From a virus, in the IMG/VR virus record IMGVR_UViG_3300025086_000020: 60,790 bases of DNA; one strand, given 5' to 3'. Both the position numbers and the translations under genes were made by a program. Shown here piece by piece: positions 15,160-24,646 of the stretch; positions within the stretch are counted from its first letter, which is position 1, and the number at the start of each line of letters is the position of its first letter. Below the pieces are notes generated by a model. It was not told the DNA's origin and searched no databases. It saw only the letters and a program-made list of their open reading frames with translations.

Positions 15160-17229
15160 ATGTCTAAACCCATAATACTAAATCCTAAGAGCTTAGGTGA
15201 TATAATAGAAATTCAAGGATTAAAAATCCAACTACCAAAGAAACCTAGAAAGAGAGATATATTATTCTCTGATAAAAAGAAGGTTGAGCAAAAGTGGATT
15301 AGACAAGAAATACCCAAACTTTTAACTAGAGAAAATGCAGGAGATTACTATGACTATATTGAGCAAGAATTTGTAAGAAGAAGAGAAGGCTTGTGGTTTA
15401 TGAATAATGGTACTCCTACTTACATTACAGGTAGTCACTACATGTTTATACAATGGTCTAATATAGATGTTGGTTACCCTGACTATAGAGAAGCTAATAG
15501 AAAGTTTTTCTTGTTTTGGGAAGCGTGTAAGCTAGATCCTAATAGTATGGGTATGTGTTTTCTTAAGAATAGACGTTCTGGTTTTTCATACATGGCTAGT
15601 TCTGAGATGGTTAATCAAGCTACACAGACATATGAATCTAACTTTGGTTTATTATCTAAAACAGGTTCTGACGCTAAGACTATGTTTACAGATAAGGTTG
15701 TTAGAATATACAGAAGGTATCCTTTTTTCTTTCAACCCATACAAGATGGATCAAGTAATCCAAGAGTTGAATTAGCATTTAGAGAGCCAGCTAAAAAGAT
15801 AACAAAAAAGAATAAACATATACAGCAGTCAGAAGCTCTTAATACAATTATAGACTGGAGAAATACTGCAGATAATAGTTACGATGGTATGAAACTCAAG
15901 TTACTTGTTCATGATGAGGCTGGTAAGTGGACAGGTTCAACTTCTATAGCTAAAAACTGGTCTGTAACACAAACATGTCTTCTTTTAGGTAGAAAAATTG
16001 TTGGTAAATGTATGATGGGATCTACTGCCAATAAATTAGAAGATGGAGGTTTAGAATATAAAAATCTATATTATGATTCTGATGCAACAGATAAAGATTT
16101 AAATAAAAGAACTAAATCAGGTTTATATTCTCTGTTTATACCTGCTCAAGAAAATCTAGAGGGTTTTATTGATGAGTATGGCTTTTCTGTAACAGAAACA
16201 CCTGAAAAACCAATAATGGGAATGGATGGTGCTAATATAGATGTAGGTTCAAAAAACTATATAAAAAACAGAAGGGATGGATTAAAAAATAACACTAATG
16301 AGTTGTCAGAGTTTAAAAGACAGTTTCCACTCACTTCAGAAGAAGCTTTTAGAAATGATTCTTTATCTAGTGTTTTTGATGTAGAAAAGATATATCAACA
16401 AATGGATTATAATGAATCAGCTGATAAATTAACAACTAAAGGTGATTTCATATGGAAAAATGGTATTCAAGACAGTGAAGTTATATGGATTCCAAATAAT
16501 AAAGGTAAGTGGGAAATATGCTGGGTTCCTGATGAGGGTAAGAGAAATTTAATAGAAAATAAAAACAACAAAAAGAAACCTGGCAATTCATTAAATCTTG
16601 TTGCAGGATGTGACCCCTATGACCATGACACAACAACAGATGGGAGAAGGTCTAACGCAGCCTGTCATGTGTATCACAAATTTACAATGGATGAAAACGC
16701 ACCATGTGAACAGTTTGTTTGTGAGTATATTCATAGACCACCTAAAGCTGATATATTTTACGAAGACATGATTAAACAGTGTGTATTTTATGGATGCCCA
16801 ATACTTGTGGAGAATAATAAAATAGGAATAATAAAGTATTTTGAAAGAAGGGGTTATTATGAGTATTTAATGGATAGACCAGAATCAACTCATACAGACT
16901 TTAGTAAAAAACAACAAACAAAGGGAATCCCAGGTTCTGGAATGGCTGTTATCAATGCTCAAGCTGAGGCTGTGGCTACATATATATATGACCACGTAGG
17001 CTTAAAACCAGACACAGGAGAGGTAGGAAAATGTTATTTTAACAGGCTTTTAGATGATTGGAGCAGGTTTGATATTAACAATAGAACCAAGTTTGATGCA
17101 ACCATAAGTTCTAGTTTAGCATTATTGGCCTCACAAAAATTCGTCAGAATTAAGGAAGAATCCCCAAAATTTGTTAAATTTGTAAAAACTTATACTAACA
17201 GGGGAATTTTATCTCAAAAAATACGATAA
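15160..17229 (+). CDS. terL: Terminase large subunit
   Basis: 689 aa. Walker B-like LKLLVHDEAGKW, nuclease-domain acidic motifs GCDPYDHD and ILVENNKIG, and a position directly upstream of the portal gene. Confidence 0.8.
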   Translation: MSKPIILNPKSLGDIIEIQGLKIQLPKKPRKRDILFSDKKKVEQKWIRQEIPKLLTRENAGDYYDYIEQEFVRRREGLWFMNNGTPTYITGSHYMFIQWSNIDVGYPDYREANRKFFLFWEACKLDPNSMGMCFLKNRRSGFSYMASSEMVNQATQTYESNFGLLSKTGSDAKTMFTDKVVRIYRRYPFFFQPIQDGSSNPRVELAFREPAKKITKKNKHIQQSEALNTIIDWRNTADNSYDGMKLKLLVHDEAGKWTGSTSIAKNWSVTQTCLLLGRKIVGKCMMGSTANKLEDGGLEYKNLYYDSDATDKDLNKRTKSGLYSLFIPAQENLEGFIDEYGFSVTETPEKPIMGMDGANIDVGSKNYIKNRRDGLKNNTNELSEFKRQFPLTSEEAFRNDSLSSVFDVEKIYQQMDYNESADKLTTKGDFIWKNGIQDSEVIWIPNNKGKWEICWVPDEGKRNLIENKNNKKKPGNSLNLVAGCDPYDHDTTTDGRRSNAACHVYHKFTMDENAPCEQFVCEYIHRPPKADIFYEDMIKQCVFYGCPILVENNKIGIIKYFERRGYYEYLMDRPESTHTDFSKKQQTKGIPGSGMAVINAQAEAVATYIYDHVGLKPDTGEVGKCYFNRLLDDWSRFDINNRTKFDATISSSLALLASQKFVRIKEESPKFVKFVKTYTNRGILSQKIR

Positions 17230-19719
17230 ATGGAATTTATAGAAAATGCTTTTGAAAAAATTAAAAAGGTTGGGGGCTACCCAAGTCCATTCGTAACTCC
17301 AGAACAGAAAGAAAAAAAAGAATATGGTCTTGCATATTTTAAAAAAATGTATCATGACTGGAAGGATAATGCTGATATGAAAATAGACAGTAGAAGGTCT
17401 AGGTATGTTAAGTCAAGAAGTTATGCTCAGGGTTCTCAAAATGTTTCTAAATATAAAGATTTATTAGATGTTCAAGGAGACTCATCATATTTAAATTTAG
17501 ACTGGACACCAGTAAATATAATACCTAAATTTTTAGATTTAATAGTAAACGATTTAGCTAATCAAGAATACGAAGTTTTAGCAAATGCAATAGACCCTAT
17601 CTCTGAAACCTTAAGAGAAAATGATAAAAAAATATTATTTGCTAAGATGCTTGTTAATCCAGCTATAAGAAAACTTAGTAAAGCTACAGGATATGATGTG
17701 GAACAAAAGGGTTATATACCACAAAGTCAAGAAGAGTTAGATATACACATGGCTTTAAACTATAAACAGTCTACTGAAATAGCTGTGGAAAATGGTATTA
17801 AATTCATTATGGATATAAATAATTATAAATCCATTAAAAAAGCAGTTATAAGAGATCTTATTGTTTGTGGTATTGGTGCTACAAAAACATCTCTTGATCC
17901 AAGTACTGGTGTTAAAATTAAATACGTAGACCCAGCAAATCTAATTACATCATACACAAATAATGAAGATTATGATGATATACAACACGCTGGAGAGGTT
18001 TACACTATTACTATAGGTGAATTAAAAAGAATAGCTGGAGACCAATTAAGTGAGCAGGATTATGAAAAAATAGCTAGAGAGTATGCAGGTAAAAATCATA
18101 ATGACCACATTACTCCAAATTATGAGTCTTATATGAATGAGTATCAAGATGAGTTTGAGTACGACAGATACAGAGTTACCATTATGGATGCAGAGTTTTT
18201 ATCTGTAAACACAATGAACTATGAGAAGAAAAAGAATGCTTATGGTGGTTATACTGTAACCAAGAAAAAAGGAAACTATAAGAAACCAAAAAAGACAAAA
18301 TTTGAAAGAGAGTTAATATCAAACTCTGTTAAGGTTGTTTACTCTGGTAAATGGATTGTTGGAACTGATTATTGCATAAACTATGGTTTAGCAAAAAATA
18401 TGATGAGAAAGAAGTCTAATTTAACAGAGACAAAATTATCTTATGTAGTATATGCACCAGGAACACATAAGATGGTTAATAAATCTATGGTTGAAAGAAT
18501 GATACCATTCGCAGACCAAATACAACTAGCCCACCTAAAACTTCAACAGGTAATTGCAAAGGCAAGACCAAAAGGTGCTGCATTTGAATTAGGTGCATTA
18601 GAAAATGTTTCTAAAGGAGATGGTGGAACATTCACTCCATTAGAGTTGCAAGAAATATATGACCAAACAGGTAATATATATTATAGGAGTTTAAATGATG
18701 AAGGAACCCCTGGTGGTGCAATACCTGTTCAAGAGCTTGAAAATGGTATAGGTGGTGATATGCAAAAACTTGTAAGCATATATAATCACAATCTTCAAAT
18801 GATAAGAGATGTAACTGGTGTTAACGAAGCTAGGGAGGGTGCTAAACCACCAAGTGAAGCTTTAGTTGGTGTTCAGAAACTACAATTAATGGCATCTAAC
18901 AATGCTACTAGAAATATAAATGATGGTTATTTAAGTATAACAAGGAGGGTTGCAGAGTGTGTTTGTATGAGACTTCAAGATGTTATAGAAAATAAAGCTA
19001 AAAGACAGTCTCTTAAAAATGCTTTAGGAAAAGCTACAGTGTCTCTCTTTGGTATAAATAAAGATATTTCCTTACATGAATTTGGTATAGTTCTTGAAGT
19101 TGCTCCTGATGAAGAGGAAAAAACTCAATTAGAGGCAAATCTTCAAATGTCTTTAGCTCAAAAAGAAATAAGACTTGAGGATGTTATAACAATAAGAAGA
19201 ATAAAGAATGTTAAGCTGGCTAATCAAGTTTTAATGTTTAGAAGAAAGAAGTATCAAGAGGAGGAGCAGAGAAAATCTATGGAGGCTCAAAAAATGAATG
19301 CAGAAACACAGCAAAAAGCTAATCAACAACAAGCTGAGTTAAAAGCACAAGAAAACCAAATGATGGCTCAATTTGAACAACTTAAGATACAAGCTGAGTC
19401 TCAAGCTCAATTAAGAAAACTAGAGGCAGAGTATAAATTAAGAAACCAATTAGATGACATGCAACATCAAAGAAGGATGAAAGAAATAGCTCTTAATAAC
19501 TCTGGTAAAAAAGAAGTTGCTGATGTTACAGGGAAAGTTAAATTAGAAAATCAAGATAAGACTGCCTATAACCAATCTAGAATGATTGAGCAAAAAAGAG
19601 ATAGAGCTTTACCATTAACTGAAATATATTCATCTCCTGATGGGAGCCTTCAAGAAGAAGCCCCAATGACAGGTGTAGATGAAAGCATGGAAAATCCATT
19701 ACCAAATATTTTAAGATAA
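17230..19719 (+). CDS. Portal protein with a long C-terminal Gln/Glu-rich coiled coil
   Basis: 829 aa, immediately after terL. The C-terminal stretch of about 80 aa is QEEEQRKSMEAQKMNAETQQKANQQQAELKAQENQMMAQFEQLKIQAESQAQLRKLEAEYKLRNQ. Confidence 0.6.
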   Translation: MEFIENAFEKIKKVGGYPSPFVTPEQKEKKEYGLAYFKKMYHDWKDNADMKIDSRRSRYVKSRSYAQGSQNVSKYKDLLDVQGDSSYLNLDWTPVNIIPKFLDLIVNDLANQEYEVLANAIDPISETLRENDKKILFAKMLVNPAIRKLSKATGYDVEQKGYIPQSQEELDIHMALNYKQSTEIAVENGIKFIMDINNYKSIKKAVIRDLIVCGIGATKTSLDPSTGVKIKYVDPANLITSYTNNEDYDDIQHAGEVYTITIGELKRIAGDQLSEQDYEKIAREYAGKNHNDHITPNYESYMNEYQDEFEYDRYRVTIMDAEFLSVNTMNYEKKKNAYGGYTVTKKKGNYKKPKKTKFERELISNSVKVVYSGKWIVGTDYCINYGLAKNMMRKKSNLTETKLSYVVYAPGTHKMVNKSMVERMIPFADQIQLAHLKLQQVIAKARPKGAAFELGALENVSKGDGGTFTPLELQEIYDQTGNIYYRSLNDEGTPGGAIPVQELENGIGGDMQKLVSIYNHNLQMIRDVTGVNEAREGAKPPSEALVGVQKLQLMASNNATRNINDGYLSITRRVAECVCMRLQDVIENKAKRQSLKNALGKATVSLFGINKDISLHEFGIVLEVAPDEEEKTQLEANLQMSLAQKEIRLEDVITIRRIKNVKLANQVLMFRRKKYQEEEQRKSMEAQKMNAETQQKANQQQAELKAQENQMMAQFEQLKIQAESQAQLRKLEAEYKLRNQLDDMQHQRRMKEIALNNSGKKEVADVTGKVKLENQDKTAYNQSRMIEQKRDRALPLTEIYSSPDGSLQEEAPMTGVDESMENPLPNILR

Positions 19720-19743
19720 TTATTGTTTGTTAATAATAATTAA

Positions 19744-19751
19744 TATATTTG
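19744..19751 (+). promoter_or_regulatory. -7 box TATATTTG upstream of the scaffold and capsid genes
   Basis: Exact TATATTTG, 32 nt upstream of the ATG at 19784, in a 64-nt gap. Confidence 0.45.
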
Positions 19752-19783
19752 CAAAAAGTAGTAACAATTTAATTTAATAGAAT

Positions 19784-20959
19784 ATGGCTGAAGAAAATTT
19801 AGATGTAGCCAGTGAGTTTGCTGAACTAACTGGTGCAGAAGTAGAAGTTTCAACTGATTCTACACCAGACGAAAATGGTGCAGATACAAATTTACAGAGT
19901 GATGTTATTGATTTAACAACACCAGAAGAGGTAGAAACTGAGAAAAAAGAAACTCCTATGGAAATGACTCAAGAAGAGGAGAGTCCACAGGAGATTATAG
20001 AGAGCTCTTTGAAATCAGATTCTCGTAAAGAAGAAAACGAGAGTCAAGAAAATGACCAAAATAATGAGTCCAATTCATATGATTCAACTCTAGAATTGCT
20101 AAACGAAACGTATGGCACAGAGTATGATGACTTAAATGAATTATTAGACGATTTAGAGGGTCAAAAAGGTCAAAGTTTTGCTAGCGAACAGCTAGAGGAA
20201 CTTAATCGATTTGTTTCTGAAACTGGTAGAAGTCCACAAGACTTTTTTAAAACTCAAACACAAAATTATGACGAAATGTCTGATTCTGACGTAATAAAAG
20301 AATACTTATCTTTTGAAAATCCAGAATTATCACAAAAAGAAATAGACCTATTTTTTGACAACACGTATAAACTTAACGAGGATAAGTATAAATCTGAAGA
20401 AACTGAACTAGGTAAGATTCATCTTAAAAGAGATGTTTCTAAGGCTAGGGGAGAATTGAAGGAACTTCAAGAAGAATATTGGTCACCTGAACAAAAAGAT
20501 GGCAATTATTCTGAAGAGGAGATTCAGCAATTTGAGCAAGAACAGCAAAAAGCTAAAGAAGATTTTTACAACAACATGGATAAAGAATTAGATAGTATAG
20601 AATCTTTAACCTTCCAGATCAATGATAAGGAAAGTTTTGATTATCAACTAACTGAGGAAGATAAAAAAGTTGTTGGAGAAGCTTTATCCAATTTAGATGA
20701 CTTCTTTGAACCATATATGGATGATAAGGGTGAAATAAATAAAGAAGCTTTAGCTGTTGACATGATGGCTATGAAGTTGCAAGACAAAATAGTTAGAAGT
20801 GTTGCTAGTCAATATAGGTCTAAGGGGTCTGAACAGGTCCTTAGAGATATAAAGAATCCATCTTATGAACCTGCAAAGGTCAGTGGAAATCAGGAAGGGA
20901 ACTCTATTAGTGACCAGATAGGTAAACAAATCTTTGGTGATTCTACCTTATGGGACTAA
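19784..20959 (+). CDS. Scaffolding-like protein
   Basis: 391 aa, very acidic and helical, located between the portal and the major capsid candidate. Confidence 0.5.
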   Translation: MAEENLDVASEFAELTGAEVEVSTDSTPDENGADTNLQSDVIDLTTPEEVETEKKETPMEMTQEEESPQEIIESSLKSDSRKEENESQENDQNNESNSYDSTLELLNETYGTEYDDLNELLDDLEGQKGQSFASEQLEELNRFVSETGRSPQDFFKTQTQNYDEMSDSDVIKEYLSFENPELSQKEIDLFFDNTYKLNEDKYKSEETELGKIHLKRDVSKARGELKELQEEYWSPEQKDGNYSEEEIQQFEQEQQKAKEDFYNNMDKELDSIESLTFQINDKESFDYQLTEEDKKVVGEALSNLDDFFEPYMDDKGEINKEALAVDMMAMKLQDKIVRSVASQYRSKGSEQVLRDIKNPSYEPAKVSGNQEGNSISDQIGKQIFGDSTLWD

Positions 20960-21007
20960 AAATGTGTATTAAAAAAATTATTAAATAACAACTAAAATTA
21001 TAAAATT

Positions 21008-22411
21008 ATGGCAAGTGTAAGTTTAGGTTCTGGTATGATACTTAACCCAACTAGTGTTAAGTTGGCTACTCAGGACAATTACGTAAGTGCTCTAACTACT
21101 GCTGCTTTAGCTATGCATAAGCGAGACGTAGATGAGAACTTTGTCAAGAGGTATGGTAATCAAGGTATTACTGGACTTCTTGAATTAGTGGGTGCAAAAA
21201 AAGAATGTACTCAAACAAAATTTGAACATTATGAAGAAGCTTTTATTCATAATACTGTAAAATTAACAACACCAGGCTCGTTTTCAGCAAATACTGCTGC
21301 TCACATGCCTTATACAGAGCAAGATAATACAGACCAGTTAAATGGTGACCAATCTATTGATGGTACTAATAATGATACACCAGTAAGAGTTGGTGACATC
21401 TTATTAGCTCCTAATGGAGAGTTAGGTTATGTAACTGCTGTTGCTGCTGATGGGGACGTTGATGCTCAAGCATTTGATGGAACTTGGTCTTTAGCTGTTA
21501 GTACAGAATATGAATTTGCGATTATAGGTAACATGTGGGCTGAGAATACAGACCAACCTGCTGCTTTATTACCTAGAGTTCATACATATACTAATGAGTG
21601 TATGATTATCAAGGAATCATTTGAGGTATCAGGTACTGAAGCTACTAACGTAATCTACTTTAAAGTGGATAACGAAAAGATGGGTTCAGGTTACTTATGG
21701 TATTTAAAAGGTGAAGCTGATACTTATAAAAGATTCTTGGACTATTGTGAGTTAATGATGGTTATGGGTCAAACAAATGCAAATACTGGTATTTCAAGTT
21801 TAACTTCAACTGAAGGTTTACTTTCTTTCATTGAAAATAAAGGTCAGTCTATGGATTTGGGTTCATCTTCAATTACGATGGCAGACTTTGACGCTATGGT
21901 TAAGTCTTTAGATAAATATAGAGGTGCTAAAGAGATGGCTCTTTACGCTGGTATAGATTTATCTTTAGATATTGACGATTTATTAGCTGCTCAAGGTGCA
22001 TATGCTGCTGGTGGTGCTAACTATGGTACTTTTAATAACAATAAGAATATGGCTTTAAACCTAGGTTTTAATTCATTTTCTAGAGGTGGATATACATTCC
22101 ATAAGAAAACTTATGACGTGTTTAATCACCCTAAATTATTAGGAGCTTCTGGTCACAACTACTCAGGATATGGTATGTGTATTCCTATGGATACTCAGAG
22201 AGATGCTAAGAGTGGTGCTAAAATACCATCGTTGAGAGTAAGATATAAAGCTGCAAATGGTTATTCAAGAGAGATGGAGCACTGGTTAACAGGTTCTGCT
22301 GTTCTTAAGAATAAGACTAATTCTGAAGATAACTTGAAGTCTCACTATAGAACTGAGAGAGGATTTGAAGGATTTGCTCCTAACAGATTTATGTTAATCA
22401 AGAAGTCTTAA
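21008..22411 (+). CDS. Major capsid protein candidate
   Basis: 467 aa. Its position follows the portal and scaffold genes, and a strong hairpin follows the downstream gene. Contains a VGD module (VRVGDILLAPNGELGYVTAV) at 21383-21460. Confidence 0.6.
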   Translation: MASVSLGSGMILNPTSVKLATQDNYVSALTTAALAMHKRDVDENFVKRYGNQGITGLLELVGAKKECTQTKFEHYEEAFIHNTVKLTTPGSFSANTAAHMPYTEQDNTDQLNGDQSIDGTNNDTPVRVGDILLAPNGELGYVTAVAADGDVDAQAFDGTWSLAVSTEYEFAIIGNMWAENTDQPAALLPRVHTYTNECMIIKESFEVSGTEATNVIYFKVDNEKMGSGYLWYLKGEADTYKRFLDYCELMMVMGQTNANTGISSLTSTEGLLSFIENKGQSMDLGSSSITMADFDAMVKSLDKYRGAKEMALYAGIDLSLDIDDLLAAQGAYAAGGANYGTFNNNKNMALNLGFNSFSRGGYTFHKKTYDVFNHPKLLGASGHNYSGYGMCIPMDTQRDAKSGAKIPSLRVRYKAANGYSREMEHWLTGSAVLKNKTNSEDNLKSHYRTERGFEGFAPNRFMLIKKS

Positions 22412-22439
22412 TTATTAACCTTATAAACTTTATATAAAA

Positions 22440-22859
22440 ATGGAAAAGTATTTATATTTTAACAATGCAGGAACTAATGGTCAGATTGATGCTGCTGACG
22501 ATATATTATGTGTTCCAGTATCTAGATTTATGGGTTTTGGGCAACCAGGAACCACTAGAACTGAAATGACAATGTATTTTAAGCCATTAGAAGGGCCTAT
22601 TGAGTTGGCATCTAATGCTTACCCAGCAGAAGTTCATGACACAGTTGTTTTAACAATAACAAGCGATAAGCACAAAGAGGTAATCGATGCTATTATTGCT
22701 GCTATTGATGCTCCTATTATTTCAGGACATGGAAAGCGAGTTATTACTATTGCTGATGATATGAATGGAACATATCTATCAGTAGACCCTGATTCTTCAG
22801 GAACTGCTGTAGCTATTTCAGGATGTGTGATTACTTGTCAAACACCTGCTGCTGCATAA
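22440..22859 (+). CDS. Head-associated hypothetical protein (139 aa)
   Basis: ORF directly after the capsid candidate and before a terminator. Confidence 0.4.
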   Translation: MEKYLYFNNAGTNGQIDAADDILCVPVSRFMGFGQPGTTRTEMTMYFKPLEGPIELASNAYPAEVHDTVVLTITSDKHKEVIDAIIAAIDAPIISGHGKRVITIADDMNGTYLSVDPDSSGTAVAISGCVITCQTPAAA

Positions 22860-22919
22860 TTGTAGTTAATTGTTAACTGTCTTGAAATGATATACAGGCA
22901 GTATAAAGAACATATCTAA

Positions 22920-22942
22920 GGAGGGGGAGTTTCTCCCCTTCC
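22920..22942 (+). terminator. GC-rich hairpin terminator
   Basis: GGAGGGGGAG-TTT-CTCCCCTTCC forms a 10-bp stem (one G-U pair), followed by T-rich sequence. Confidence 0.65.
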
Positions 22943-22981
22943 AAAGATTTTAATTTTAATTTTAATTTAATATTTAATAAA

Positions 22982-23905
22982 ATGAACAAGAAAAAAACAT
23001 TCCCAAAAAAGAAAGCTGAAGTTAATACAGGAGTATTAGAAACAGCTGTAAAAGCAGAAGAGAACTTTGAAATTCCTCCAATGCCTAAAAAAGAAAATCC
23101 CTTTACTAATCCAAATCTTGGTAAAAAATCTAAAAAACCAACACTATATAGATTATTAGCTGGTAGAAAAAAAGTTAAAGGCACTAATCAATATAGTTAC
23201 CCTGTTATTTACATGATAAGAGCAGAAGATATTATTTTTGATCCAATTAAAGGTGTAAATAGAAAAATTAGATATATACCTGGAGAAGCCTCTATATATG
23301 AGGATGAACAAAAAAAAGATGCTAAAGTAAAAGCACCTATTGTATTTACTGAGGGTGTTTTAGCTGTTAATCATCAAAACCCAACATTAAAATCTTATTT
23401 AGATAATTGTAACGCAAATAAAAATAATCCAAATAGGATGCAAGATAAGAGAGTTGCTTTTGAAGAAGTTAACAAATCTATAACTGCAAAAGCGTCTATA
23501 AATAAAGACCTTCTAGAAATAGATGCCATGTCTTTAGCTCTTAAAATGCCTATTAATAAACTTATTGGTTATGCTAAAGTTTTAGGTGTTAATGTTGATA
23601 AAAGTACAGAGGAAATTAGATACGATATGAAGATATTAGCTAAGAAATCTCCAAATTCTTTTATAACAGGTTTAGATGACCCAATGACAGAAATTAAAGA
23701 AACAATATTAAATGCTGAGGACTATGCTATTATAAGAATGGAATCAAATAGAGTCTCATGGTTGAGAGGAAACGAAACCAGTCTTATATGTCATGTTCCT
23801 GTTGGTGTTAAGCCACTAGACCATATTGCTGGATATTGTTTACAAGACGAAGGAGAGCTAGTTTTGGAAGAAATGAAAAAACAAATAGCTAGATTTAATA
23901 GCTAA
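22982..23905 (+). CDS. Hypothetical protein with a Lys-rich N-terminus, transcriptionally insulated (307 aa)
   Basis: A single gene bracketed by hairpin terminators at 22920-22942 and 23929-23961. Confidence 0.5.
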   Translation: MNKKKTFPKKKAEVNTGVLETAVKAEENFEIPPMPKKENPFTNPNLGKKSKKPTLYRLLAGRKKVKGTNQYSYPVIYMIRAEDIIFDPIKGVNRKIRYIPGEASIYEDEQKKDAKVKAPIVFTEGVLAVNHQNPTLKSYLDNCNANKNNPNRMQDKRVAFEEVNKSITAKASINKDLLEIDAMSLALKMPINKLIGYAKVLGVNVDKSTEEIRYDMKILAKKSPNSFITGLDDPMTEIKETILNAEDYAIIRMESNRVSWLRGNETSLICHVPVGVKPLDHIAGYCLQDEGELVLEEMKKQIARFNS

Positions 23906-23928
23906 TAAAAATCACATATCTGTTTTTT

Positions 23929-23961
23929 AGAGGGGGTTGCTTTTGTAACCCTCTTTTTTTT
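23929..23961 (+). terminator. Rho-independent terminator
   Basis: AGAGGGGGTTGC-TTTT-GTAACCCTCT stem with a 2-nt bulge, followed by T8. Confidence 0.75.
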
Positions 23962-23963
23962 AC

Positions 23964-23971
23964 TATATTTG
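23964..23971 (+). promoter_or_regulatory. -7 box TATATTTG for the long structural operon
   Basis: Exact TATATTTG ending 6 nt before the ATG at 23978, which implies a near-leaderless mRNA. Confidence 0.45.
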
Positions 23972-23977
23972 TATATT

Positions 23978-24646
23978 ATGACAATAGATGAAATATATAA
24001 AATAGTTAAGATTCTAGCAAACAAGGAAAATAGGGGCTGGATAAAACCTTCTGAATTTAATTTATTAGCTAAAAGAGTACAGCTTGATATTATTAAAGAT
24101 AGAGTTGGTAAAGTATCTCCTGATGGAACTAACAATGGATATAGGGATGATGCCAGTATTCAAGATGAGTTAAGAACTGTTATGGAGGATTCAGGAGCAT
24201 TATCATCAACGACAAGTGGACACTCTCTTCCTACTAGTTATTTACATTTTATTAGTGCTAAGTACAATGAGTATGAAATTGACATGGTTAATCATGGAGA
24301 GATAACAAAAAGAAAAAGAAGTCAATTAAATCCTCCATCATCTGATTCTCCTATTGGTGTAATTATAGGTGATTATCTTAGAGTATACATATCAGGTGGT
24401 GAATTTGTTGAGGGAAATGGTGTGGTTAAAATGATGTATATAAAAGAACCAACAGCACCAAGCTGGGCTTACACCACCCTTAATAATGTGGAGGTTTATA
24501 ATTCTTCATCATCAGTACAAATAGCACTACCTGAAAGCACTCATAAAGAAGTTATACATAGAATACTAGCATATGTTGGTGTAACACTCAGAGAGAAAGA
24601 TGTGGTAGAGTTTGGTACATCAACAGTATTAGAACAAAATAAATAA
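23978..24646 (+). CDS. Virion structural protein, function unknown
   Basis: The track starts at a TTG at 23969. I prefer the ATG at 23978 (MTIDEIYK) because the TTG lies inside the promoter box. Confidence 0.5.
   Translation: MTIDEIYKIVKILANKENRGWIKPSEFNLLAKRVQLDIIKDRVGKVSPDGTNNGYRDDASIQDELRTVMEDSGALSSTTSGHSLPTSYLHFISAKYNEYEIDMVNHGEITKRKRSQLNPPSSDSPIGVIIGDYLRVYISGGEFVEGNGVVKMMYIKEPTAPSWAYTTLNNVEVYNSSSSVQIALPESTHKEVIHRILAYVGVTLREKDVVEFGTSTVLEQNK

Noticed and set aside
22873-24135. Minus-strand ORFs 22873..23184 and 23902..24135
   Set aside because: Each runs through a terminator hairpin and a promoter box and is antisense to plus-strand genes. They are unlikely to be expressed.
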